A model generated the notes under the pieces. It saw only the letters and a program-made list of their open reading frames with translations, was not told the DNA's origin and ran no database searches. 64,000 nucleotides of DNA from Candidatus Sericytochromatia bacterium. GTDB lineage: Bacteria; Cyanobacteriota; Sericytochromatia; S15B-MN24; UBA4093. This document shows positions 29,265 to 37,442 of this stretch, piece after piece (the stretch's first letter is position 1; each line of letters starts with the position of its first letter). The stretch is taken from NCBI GenBank assembly GCA_036676495.1, contig JAKFCT010000038.1, positions 8,342 to 72,341 on the forward strand, in the 5' to 3' direction. The position numbers and the translations under genes are program-made.

Positions 29265-29480
29265 CTAGTCCCTTCCCCCGTCGGTCACGTTCCGGACTCC
29301 CGGATGGCAGCGCCGCCGGTAAGCCTCGATTCGCTCGAGAAGCTCGTCGATCGACTCCTTGACCACGAAGCGATGCTCGTTGGTCAGGGTCACGATGGTA
29401 TCGGGCCGCTCCTCGATGGTCTCGATCAGATCGGCGTTGAGCACCAACTCCGAACCATTCAGCCGGGTCACCTTGATCAC
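29265..29480 (-). CDS. flbD: Flagellar protein FlbD (SwrD family)
   Basis: MIKVTRLNG..LNADLIETIEERPDTIVTL..FVVKES. Confidence 0.92.
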   Translation of the reverse strand: MIKVTRLNGSELVLNADLIETIEERPDTIVTLTNEHRFVVKESIDELLERIEAYRRRCHPGVRNVTDGGRD

Positions 29481-29782
29481 GGTTTGCCCCCCTTGTCCTT
29501 TGCCGCGCCGCGGGCGCTGTCCACCCGCCGGACCCAGACCAGGACCTCGGCCACCACCGGGTACAACTCGGCGGGAATCTGCTCTCCCAGGTCCAGCGCC
29601 GCCAGCGCCGAGACCAGGCCCGGATTCTCCTGGATCGCGACGCCGGCCTCGCGGGCCGTCTCCACGATCCGCTCCGCGACCCGGCCGGAACCCTTGGCGA
29701 CGACCTCCGGGGCCTCGTCCGCTCCGTCGTCGTAGCGAAGGGCGACCGCCTTCTTCGGAGGCTTCGCGTCACTCATAGCCAT
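29477..29782 (-). CDS. Stand-alone FlhB C-terminal-like protein (EscU/YscU/HrcU family, FlhX/YlqH type)
   Basis: KAVALRY..APEVVAKG.G.VAERI..IPAELYPVVAEVL, parallel to the post-NPTH part of FlhB. Confidence 0.9.
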   Translation of the reverse strand: MAMSDAKPPKKAVALRYDDGADEAPEVVAKGSGRVAERIVETAREAGVAIQENPGLVSALAALDLGEQIPAELYPVVAEVLVWVRRVDSARGAAKDKGGKP

Positions 29783-31359
29783 ACATCCACCTGGCGCAGG
29801 GCGTCGATCGACGCAGCCGGCGCCTTGGGCTGGACATGCTTGACCCCGAGGGCGTTCACATGAAGGCCCGTCGCCTCCAAGGCCTCCTGCAACTCCGGCA
29901 AGTGCTGGCGAAGCGCCTCGGCGATCGCCTGATCTTCAACGGCGACCTGACAGTTTAGCTGCTTTCGTCCCAAAAGTAAATCGACCCGGACGCGCTGTAG
30001 ATGAGTGGTATCCAGGGTCACGACCACCCGCGTCTCCTCCGGATTGCCACCCTTGCGCCCCTTCCCTTCCTTGGCCTGGTACTGGACCCGGATCTCCCCG
30101 GATCCGCCGTTCCACCAGAGGGGCATCGCCACGGAGCGATCCGCCGCGGCATGCTGGGGATCGATCGCAGCCGCGTTCACCACTTGCCCGAAGCGGACCT
30201 CGGCCAGCGCCTCGCGTATCGGCTCTCCGCCGTCCCCGCTGCGGACCGCCCGCTCCAGAACCGCGGTCAGCGCCTCCTGGATCTTCACGAGCGGCTCGGC
30301 AAGAGGCCGGCCTGCTACCGCGGAGCGTGCCGCTTCCGCCTGAGGCGCCGCCCCTTGCCGGGGGGAGGCTTCCGGGCGTTCCGCCGGGGCTTTCGGGGTC
30401 TCGGCCCTTGGGGTCTCGGCCCTCTGGGTCTCGGCCTTTTGGGTCTCGGCCAGCGAGGCGGCGTTGCCGGCCTCCGGGAGCGTCACAGCGGGCTTGAGCG
30501 CGGCGGCCTCCGGCGCGAGCAAGGCCCGCGCGATCCGAGCCTCCGGCGGAGTGAAGGCTCTGGCGAGCTTGAGCAGATGCTCCGCGGTCTCGGCGGCATC
30601 CCCTTCCGGCAAGGCCAGATCCATGAGGGCTTGAGCGGCGGGAGTGGACGGTTCGGGGATCCGGCGGGCGATCGCCGCCAGCCGCTCCCCCGGCGTCGAA
30701 TTCGCTTGCATGCGACCCGAGACCCAGTCGACCGCCTCCTCCGTGACCGGAAGCCCCTTGGACACCAGAAACGCCGCCGCCTCCATGACCTTGACCGGCA
30801 CGGGCAGCTTGGCCGCCGACGCGGCCGCCGGTGTCGCCGCGGGCGTGGCAGAGCGCGAGCCCGCCGGATCGGTCTCTTGCGATCGCGCCGCGAGGCGGTT
30901 CAGGGCATCGCCAAGCTGCGTCATCGCCTCCCGGCTCACGGTCCCCGCATGGCGCAGCAGCGCCCGCGCCATGGCCTGGTGCTTGGGATCTGTCGGCAAG
31001 CTCATTTCTTGCAACTGAGCCGCCAGGCGCTCGGGCTTCAGGGGAGCGGCCGGTTCGTGGCGAATCTCGGCGATCCTCAAGCGCAGCGGGTCGCTGCTGC
31101 CCTCGGGCCGGGGCTCGACCACGGCCGTGAAGACGTCTCCGGCCCGCAAGGGAGCCTCGGTGCGGACCTTGGCCGATCCGAGGTCGAGGAAGTCGAGCAG
31201 GGCCGTCTGGTTGAGGACCTGAAGGACCCTGGCTTCGACCTTGCCGGCCTGGATGAGGGCCTTGAGCAAATCCCCCTCGATCTTCCCTGCGCCCCCGGTG
31301 GGGAGGGCGACGACGGTGCCCGGTGTCGGGACCCGCAGGTTGGGATCGAGGGGGATCAT
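29773..31359 (-). CDS. Second FliK-like protein (hook-length-control C-terminal-like domain)
   Basis: Long Ala/Pro-rich body and C-terminal VVVTLDTTHLQRVRVDL..LQEALEATGL..VDVWL; directly upstream of the FlhB-C-like gene. Confidence 0.7.
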   Translation of the reverse strand: MIPLDPNLRVPTPGTVVALPTGGAGKIEGDLLKALIQAGKVEARVLQVLNQTALLDFLDLGSAKVRTEAPLRAGDVFTAVVEPRPEGSSDPLRLRIAEIRHEPAAPLKPERLAAQLQEMSLPTDPKHQAMARALLRHAGTVSREAMTQLGDALNRLAARSQETDPAGSRSATPAATPAAASAAKLPVPVKVMEAAAFLVSKGLPVTEEAVDWVSGRMQANSTPGERLAAIARRIPEPSTPAAQALMDLALPEGDAAETAEHLLKLARAFTPPEARIARALLAPEAAALKPAVTLPEAGNAASLAETQKAETQRAETPRAETPKAPAERPEASPRQGAAPQAEAARSAVAGRPLAEPLVKIQEALTAVLERAVRSGDGGEPIREALAEVRFGQVVNAAAIDPQHAAADRSVAMPLWWNGGSGEIRVQYQAKEGKGRKGGNPEETRVVVTLDTTHLQRVRVDLLLGRKQLNCQVAVEDQAIAEALRQHLPELQEALEATGLHVNALGVKHVQPKAPAASIDALRQVDVWL

Positions 31360-31390
31360 GCTGGCCTACCTTTTGCGATTGCCGCAGGCG

Positions 31391-33064
31391 CTAGCGCTTG
31401 AGGCTCATCAACTCCTGGAGGACTTCGTCCGAGGTCGAGATGATCCGGGAGTTCGACTGGAAGCCGCGCTGGGCGACGATCAGGTCCGAGAAGGTCTGCG
31501 CCAGGTCCACGTTGGAACCTTCGAGGGCCCCGGACTGCAGGGTGCCCCGGCCGCCGACCCCGGCGATGCCGATCTGGGCCTCGCCCGAGTTGTTGCTCTG
31601 GACGTAGACGTTGTCACCTGCCGAGGCCATACCGGCCGGGTTGGTGAAGTTGGCGACGGCCACCTGGCCCAGGGTGCGGGTCCGGCCGTTGGTGAAGGTG
31701 CCGGTCACCGTGCCCGAGCTGTCGAGGGAAACGCCCGAGAGCTCGCCCGCCGAGTAGCCGTTCTGGTCGGCCAGGACCGCCGAATCGGGGTTGGCGAACT
31801 GGGTGAAGCCGAGGGCCTGGCCCACCTGGCCCACATCGATCTTCATGGTCATGGACCGCGCGCCGAGATCCGGGTTGAGCGTGAGGTCCTGAATCGAGTT
31901 CGAGCTCAGGATGCCCCGATCGTCAAAGGTGATCTTGCCGGTGAGGTACAAGGGGGACTTCTCGGTGTAACCGCCGTTGTGCTCGAAGCGCGCGGTCCAC
32001 TCGGTGGTCGAGAGGCGCGTGAAGACCATGGTGCCGCTGCGCTCGTTGCCCAGCGAGTCGAACATCTTGGTCGAGATGGCGACCTCGTTGATGTCCATGG
32101 CCACCGTGCCGGTCGGCGAGGTGGTGGCCGAGGCGGTCTGGGTCATCAGCGCCGGATTCAGCTTAAACTCGAGGGGCACGGATGCGGTGGTCGCGGGCAC
32201 CCGAGTGAGGGCCACGTTATCGATGGTCGAGTTCGTGGCGTCAAAGGCCCCCGTGGTGGGATTGAAGCGGAGGGTTCCAAGAGGGGCGGAGGGAGCGAAG
32301 TCGACGAGCGGCGTGACGCCGTCACGGGCCGTGCCGGGGAAGACCGATTGCATGGTGACGTCCCAGGTATCGGCCGCCGTCTTGTTGTAAACGATTTGCC
32401 CCTGGCTCGGCTTACCGTCCGACCCAATGAACTCCAGGATCGGGCCGTTGACGGTGGTACCCACGGGATCGGCCGACGAGAGGTTGCCGGTCACCGCGTA
32501 GCCGGGGATCTTGCCGTCCGAGCTCATGTTGCCGCCGAAGACCAGGACATCCGTAGCCTTGGGGGGGATCGACGTGCTCTTGGGAACCGTGATGGGCTCG
32601 GGAGGCCGCGAGGTGACGACCGTGGGCACGCCGTTCACTTCCTGAGCGTTCCAGCCCATGACCCGGAAGCCGTTGGAGGTCTTGACCAGGTTGCCCTGCT
32701 TGTCGAAGTCGAACTGGCCGTCGCGGGTGTAGACGTTCTGGATGCCGTTGTTGAGGACGAAGAAGCCCTCGCCGCTGATGGCCAGGTCCGTGGGCTTGCC
32801 GGTGATCTGAAGGGCGCCCTGGCTCATCTGGAGGTCGATCGAGCCGACGGTCATGCCGAGGCCGACCTGGGAGGGGTTGGTGCCGCCCAGGTTACCCGAA
32901 GGAGCGGCGCCGCCGCGCATGGTCTGCGAGAACTGGTTCTGGAAGTTGACCCGCTGGCTCTTGTAGCCGACGGTGTTGACGTTGGCGATGTTGTTGCCCA
33001 GGACGTCGATGCGCACCTGGTGGTTACGCATGCCGGAAACGCCCGAGTTCATGGCACGAAGCAT
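31391..33064 (-). CDS. flgE: Flagellar hook protein FlgE
   Basis: MLRAMNSGVSG..DVLGNNIANVNTVGYK, DLAISGEGFF, LEGSNVDLA..QRGFQSNSR; ATG at 33064 after GAGGAGG. Confidence 0.95.
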   Translation of the reverse strand: MLRAMNSGVSGMRNHQVRIDVLGNNIANVNTVGYKSQRVNFQNQFSQTMRGGAAPSGNLGGTNPSQVGLGMTVGSIDLQMSQGALQITGKPTDLAISGEGFFVLNNGIQNVYTRDGQFDFDKQGNLVKTSNGFRVMGWNAQEVNGVPTVVTSRPPEPITVPKSTSIPPKATDVLVFGGNMSSDGKIPGYAVTGNLSSADPVGTTVNGPILEFIGSDGKPSQGQIVYNKTAADTWDVTMQSVFPGTARDGVTPLVDFAPSAPLGTLRFNPTTGAFDATNSTIDNVALTRVPATTASVPLEFKLNPALMTQTASATTSPTGTVAMDINEVAISTKMFDSLGNERSGTMVFTRLSTTEWTARFEHNGGYTEKSPLYLTGKITFDDRGILSSNSIQDLTLNPDLGARSMTMKIDVGQVGQALGFTQFANPDSAVLADQNGYSAGELSGVSLDSSGTVTGTFTNGRTRTLGQVAVANFTNPAGMASAGDNVYVQSNNSGEAQIGIAGVGGRGTLQSGALEGSNVDLAQTFSDLIVAQRGFQSNSRIISTSDEVLQELMSLKR

Positions 33065-33164
33065 GAATCCTCCTCGAAAGTGAGGCGGGCCTGGACCAGT
33101 CGGGTCCAGGGCGGGCTCTCCCGAGAAGGGTCCGAGCCTTGCCGCCAGTGAAGCCGTAAACCGT

Positions 33165-33548
33165 TTAGACGATGACCGCCGAATCGATGTTGGTGAAGAC
33201 GTTCTCCTTGAGGCTAGCCCCATCGACCGCCGTGATGACCGTCCGGTTCTTGACCGAGACGATGACCGCGAGGTCTTCCATCAGCACGAGCGACTCCTTC
33301 GCGCCCTTGCTCGCCGCACGATCCACGGCTTCCGTCAGCTTGGCCATGCGCGCCTCGTTGAGCTCGATGCCCCGGCTCTTCAGCCGGGCCTGCGCATGGG
33401 CCGAGATCTTGATCTCCCGGGTCTTCGCGTCGAAGAAGTCCCCGAAGGCGGGACCGGTAGTTCGGGCGACCGAGGTTCCTGGCTTGGGTCCGGTCGGCCC
33501 GACCGGACCGATGGGCCCCGGCGGAAAACCAATGCCTTCAAGCGTCAT
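33165..33548 (-). CDS. Flagellar operon protein (TIGR02530 / Flagellar_put)
   Basis: SAHAQARLKSRGI, KGAKESLVL, VSVKNRTVITAVD, NVFTNIDSAVI; lies between flgD and flgE. Confidence 0.9.
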   Translation of the reverse strand: MTLEGIGFPPGPIGPVGPTGPKPGTSVARTTGPAFGDFFDAKTREIKISAHAQARLKSRGIELNEARMAKLTEAVDRAASKGAKESLVLMEDLAVIVSVKNRTVITAVDGASLKENVFTNIDSAVIV

Positions 33549-33550
33549 GG

Positions 33551-33994
33551 TTATCCCTCCTGCTTACCATCATCGGCAGGCTTGCCCTCGGCTTGAGGGG
33601 CAGCGACCTGCTGAATCGCCTCGAGATCGTAAGCCTTGCCCCCCACCATCACCTTGATCTCGCCTTCGATCCGGCGGACTTCGTCCACGGTGCCGGCGAA
33701 GTGCTCGTCTTCGGTGCGGATGGCCACCGTCTTGCCAAGCAAGGACGACGCCTGGGTGAGCTGGTTGAAATCGGACATCGCCGCGAAGCTCTTGTTGAGC
33801 CCGCGCATCTCTTCGAGGGCGTTGAACTGCGCCATCTGCGCGATGAACTCCTTGTCCTCCATGGGGTTCATGGGGTCCTGGTAGCGCAGCTGTGCGACCA
33901 GCAGCTTCAGGAAGTCGGCCTGGCCGAGATTCTGCTGTTTGCTGGCGGAGGGGGTCTCGAAGCCGGACCCATTGGATACGGAATTGGTCTGCAT
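33551..33994 (-). CDS. flgD: Flagellar hook capping protein FlgD
   Basis: LGQADFLKLLVAQLRYQDPMNPM..FIAQMAQF. Confidence 0.95.
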   Translation of the reverse strand: MQTNSVSNGSGFETPSASKQQNLGQADFLKLLVAQLRYQDPMNPMEDKEFIAQMAQFNALEEMRGLNKSFAAMSDFNQLTQASSLLGKTVAIRTEDEHFAGTVDEVRRIEGEIKVMVGGKAYDLEAIQQVAAPQAEGKPADDGKQEG

Positions 33995-34051
33995 GATGCT
34001 TCCTCGCTAAGCGATCCCCGCCCCCGGCCTGGGGGCGGGACCGCAAGATAA

Positions 34052-35476
34052 TCAGGCCTGCGCGTCGAAGCCGGAATTGGCGATCGCCTCGGCGACCGGC
34101 AATTCCTCGGTCTCGCCCGCAGACCAGGCCTCCCAGCCCAGTTGCGCGGAGTGACCCGAGCTCTGCTGGCCGGAGGGATCCCGCTGGGGCTCCTGACCGA
34201 ATGCCTGACGACCGAACTCGAACCCGGCGGCGGCTTGCTGGTCGCGCGGACCCTGGTTGTTCACGCTCACCTCCAGGCGATCGATCTTGATCCCCTGATC
34301 CGCCAGGGTCGTCCGTAGCGCGGCGAGCTGGTTCTCGACCAGATCCCGCACTCCGGCATGCTCGACCCGGATGACCGCGCTCACCGCGCCTTGGTGGGCC
34401 TGCACCCGCACTTCCATGCGGCCGAGATGCTCGGGAGTGAGCTGGAGCCTCAGCTCCGACGGGCGATCGGGAGTCTTCTGCGCCTGGACGAAGGTCTGCG
34501 TGATCGCTTCCTTCACCGGCAAGGGCTCCGCCTTGACAGCTTGGGTCTCGGACCTGACGACCGACGGGCCGGAGACCGGAGTTCCGGCCGCCGCCCTGAC
34601 GGGCTCAGCGATCTCCCAGGGCTTCACCGCCCCGGTTTCTGGCGCAGCCTCGTCGATGACCGCGGCGGTCACCTCGTCGAGGCTGGCCGGCATCGGGCGG
34701 GATTCGGCGCGTGCCGGGGCGGGGGTCGTCTCGGTGCGAGGAGCACCGTCCAACGATTCCCTCAGGGACGTCAGCCCTTTCACGGCATGCAAACCATCCA
34801 GCGAACTCGGGACGGACGGGCGCGCGACCGGCTTGACCGGCAACGCGGCCTTGGCGGCTTCGGGGGCTTCGGGGGCCTCGGCCTCCTCGGCTTCCTCGGC
34901 AGGCACGACCGGTTCCTCGGTCTTGGAAACCGCTTCCTGCTTGCCCTGCGGTGCCACCGTCTTGACGAGCGCCGCAGCGACCACCGGATCGTCTGCCAGG
35001 GCGACCTCTTCGGTACCGGTCGCCACCACGGCGGTCGCCGGCGTCGGAAGCGCCTCGTCCGCTCCGGAAGCGTCAGGTCCAGCAGGCATCGCCACGGGAG
35101 CCTCCGGCACGGGAACCGACGCGGTCATGACCGCATAGCTCGCCAGTTCGGAGACGGGGGCCGGCGGAACGGCAGCCGGCATGGCCGAAGCCTGCTCGGC
35201 GGGATTTCCCTCGGGGTTCTCGGCCGTCGCGTCCTTGGTCGGCTGCTCGCCCTTCGGCGAGGCCTCCGCGGAGGCTTCGGGGGGGACCTCAGGCGCGTCC
35301 TGAGGCTTGGTCTCGGCCACTCCCTTGGATGTCGATCCGGGCTTGGCCTCTGCACGGTTCAGCCGCTCTTCGAAGGAAGGACCTTCCTTGCGGCCTCCCG
35401 CACGAGGCATCTCGCGGGGCGCGTATCGCGTATCCGGGGCGGGAGCGGCCATGGCCACCATGGGATTGGGGGACAT
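34052..35476 (-). CDS. fliK: Flagellar hook-length control protein FliK
   Basis: Disordered N-terminus; C-terminal LRLQLTPEHLGRMEVRV..LRTTLADQGI; upstream of flgD. Confidence 0.9.
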   Translation of the reverse strand: MSPNPMVAMAAPAPDTRYAPREMPRAGGRKEGPSFEERLNRAEAKPGSTSKGVAETKPQDAPEVPPEASAEASPKGEQPTKDATAENPEGNPAEQASAMPAAVPPAPVSELASYAVMTASVPVPEAPVAMPAGPDASGADEALPTPATAVVATGTEEVALADDPVVAAALVKTVAPQGKQEAVSKTEEPVVPAEEAEEAEAPEAPEAAKAALPVKPVARPSVPSSLDGLHAVKGLTSLRESLDGAPRTETTPAPARAESRPMPASLDEVTAAVIDEAAPETGAVKPWEIAEPVRAAAGTPVSGPSVVRSETQAVKAEPLPVKEAITQTFVQAQKTPDRPSELRLQLTPEHLGRMEVRVQAHQGAVSAVIRVEHAGVRDLVENQLAALRTTLADQGIKIDRLEVSVNNQGPRDQQAAAGFEFGRQAFGQEPQRDPSGQQSSGHSAQLGWEAWSAGETEELPVAEAIANSGFDAQA

Positions 35477-35516
35477 GGATTCCTCCTTGCTAGGCGCTTT
35501 GCTGCGCCTTCCCTGA

Positions 35517-35543
35517 TCATCGACCGGGATCGGAGGAAGTTTA
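35517..35543 (-). promoter_or_regulatory. Sigma28-type promoter upstream of fliK
   Basis: Minus strand TAAA-cttcctccgatcccg (15 nt)-GTCGATGA, about 40 nt before the fliK ATG. Confidence 0.55.
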
Positions 35544-35565
35544 GAGCGAATTCTCGAGGAAGCGC

Positions 35566-35844
35566 CTACCGGGCTCGGACCTGAACGGTCTCGCGGCGCA
35601 GAACGCCCGCGGCGTCGAACTCCCGGATCATGGCCTGGGTCGCCCGCTCGGGATCGGCGGGCTCCCCCTCCGCGTCCACGAGCAGCCGGACCACCCGGAC
35701 GATCGGAACGATCTCGTCCGCATCTTCGGGGCGCGCGACCATGACCCCCTCGCGCAGGTAGACCTCGCGGTTGGCCGGCGGGACCTCCGCGACGGGAAGA
35801 CGCTGGATCACCGTGTTGGTGTTGCCGTCGACGAACTCGATCAT
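35566..35844 (-). CDS. Small acidic hypothetical protein (candidate partner/immunity of the upstream peptidase)
   Basis: ATG at 35844, 1 nt after the upstream TAG; high-GC3 codon usage. Confidence 0.7.
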   Translation of the reverse strand: MIEFVDGNTNTVIQRLPVAEVPPANREVYLREGVMVARPEDADEIVPIVRVVRLLVDAEGEPADPERATQAMIREFDAAGVLRRETVQVRAR

Positions 35845-35845
35845 G

Positions 35846-36886
35846 CTAGCCAACCTTCGGCCGCGCCGCCTGGCGCCCCCCGACCTTGAACTTGGCGTCG
35901 AATTCGCGCTGGTAGATGGCCTCCAGGATCCGGGCCCGGTTCGGATACTTCTCCTGGAACGCCTTCAGGGCCTCGGGCGTCCGCCGGGCCTCCTGGTAGT
36001 AGCGCCAAGCCTCCGCGAAGTCCTCGTTGGGGTTGTTGGAGCCGTACGTCGAAATCTGGTTGCCGTCCGCCTTGAGGGCCTCTTCCCAGCCCGGCGGGAT
36101 CATCTCCGCGTGCCGGGTCCGGCTCGTCGAGTAGCCCGCGCCGAAAAGATGCGCCATCTCGTGGTTGAACGTACCCTCGATGAGGTTGTACGGGTTCTCG
36201 TCAAGGTTCCAGAAGGTGATGTTCCCGCCGCCCGCCGTGGCCGCCGAGGAAAAGGTATCCCGTCCGTAGATCTTCGCCCAGTAGGCGTCTTCGGGGTTCG
36301 CCACGGTCTCGAGCTGGATCGACTTGAGGGCCGGCCGCAGATGCGCCGGCACCTCCGCGTAGTACGCGATGACCTTGGCCAGTTGTTCCTTGGGGTCGAG
36401 GCCCTTGGCCACTCCCACGTCGAAGGACAGCCCTTCGATCGTCAGGCGGAACTGCTCACGGTCCGCCGCATCAGCATTCGCCTTCGAGGCCTCCGGGCGG
36501 GCAATCCTCACGACGACCGGCTCGCCGACCTGACGCGGGAAGGCCGTGATCTGCCCGGCGATCGCCTTGGAGACGGCCTCTTCCTGGGCCAGCACCGCCG
36601 GGGACTTTCCAGCGAACGGCCGCCGGGCGGGCTTCGGCTCCGGCGTCACCTCGGGGGTCGTGGTCGTCTTCGCCTGACGCGCCTTCTCCGCGATCTCGGA
36701 AAGCTCTTTCTTGGGTTCGGTCGGGAAGCTCAAGTCCAGACGATCCAGGCGGATCAGATCCGGCGGGAGGCCCTGATCGGCGACATGCTTCGCGAGAGTG
36801 GCGTCGAAACTCGGCTCAAGGCGGTTCTTCCCCAGAAGAGTCGCCGAGAGATCGATATTGGTAGAGGCCTGGCTTCGTATGGACAC
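35846..36886 (-). CDS. Putative zinc metallopeptidase (zincin) with disordered N-terminus
   Basis: HEMAH (HExxH) followed by ISTYGSNNPNEDFAEA and KYPNRARIL; SD AGAGGA before GTG. Confidence 0.78.
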   Translation of the reverse strand: MSIRSQASTNIDLSATLLGKNRLEPSFDATLAKHVADQGLPPDLIRLDRLDLSFPTEPKKELSEIAEKARQAKTTTTPEVTPEPKPARRPFAGKSPAVLAQEEAVSKAIAGQITAFPRQVGEPVVVRIARPEASKANADAADREQFRLTIEGLSFDVGVAKGLDPKEQLAKVIAYYAEVPAHLRPALKSIQLETVANPEDAYWAKIYGRDTFSSAATAGGGNITFWNLDENPYNLIEGTFNHEMAHLFGAGYSTSRTRHAEMIPPGWEEALKADGNQISTYGSNNPNEDFAEAWRYYQEARRTPEALKAFQEKYPNRARILEAIYQREFDAKFKVGGRQAARPKVG

Positions 36887-36992
36887 GTTTGAATCCTCTG
36901 GGTCGCCGCTGCATGGAGGTTATACCCTGCTTGCCGGCGTTTCGTGCTTAGAAACGTGAGGCCCGTTTCATTTCGTGGGAGCCCCGCGGGCG

Positions 36993-37439
36993 CTAGGTCT
37001 TCCGCACGTGCCGGAGGGTGGCGATCTCGTCGAGATCCTTGGCCTCGATCCGGTCCGCCGCCTTCAGGTACTCGGCCTTGGCTTGATCCTTCAATTGGTC
37101 GAGAACCTGCTTGGCCCGCGCCGCCGCGATCAGGGCCGCACGACGCTGGTCGACGACGCCCTCGGCCTGGGAGATGCGCTGTATCTGCTCCCGGATGGCC
37201 GCCGTCAGGCCCATGGAATATGTCTGGAACCACTGGATCGCCTGAACGTCCAACCGGCCTTCCTTCTGGAGAAGATGGTACTCGGCGAGCGCATTGGCCT
37301 CGAGAATGCGCAACTCGGTGAGCTTGTCCTTCTCGGCTCCGAGGGCGCCGATGGCCTCGGCCAGCTCGCGCCCGCGGGCCTCCTCGTCGCGCTGCCGCAT
37401 GTCGAGGACGGTCTGAAGGCGGAACGCGAAGGCCTTCAT
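36993..37439 (-). CDS. fliJ: Flagellar export protein FliJ
   Basis: FAFRLQTVLDMR, coiled coil, EAKDLDEIA; directly after fliI. Confidence 0.92.
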   Translation of the reverse strand: MKAFAFRLQTVLDMRQRDEEARGRELAEAIGALGAEKDKLTELRILEANALAEYHLLQKEGRLDVQAIQWFQTYSMGLTAAIREQIQRISQAEGVVDQRRAALIAAARAKQVLDQLKDQAKAEYLKAADRIEAKDLDEIATLRHVRKT

Positions 37440-37442
37440 GGC

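Noticed and set aside
34015-34040. GC hairpin between fliK and flgD as a terminator
   Set aside because: The stem is real but has no U-tract on the coding strand; more likely an mRNA stability element, not supportable as a terminator.
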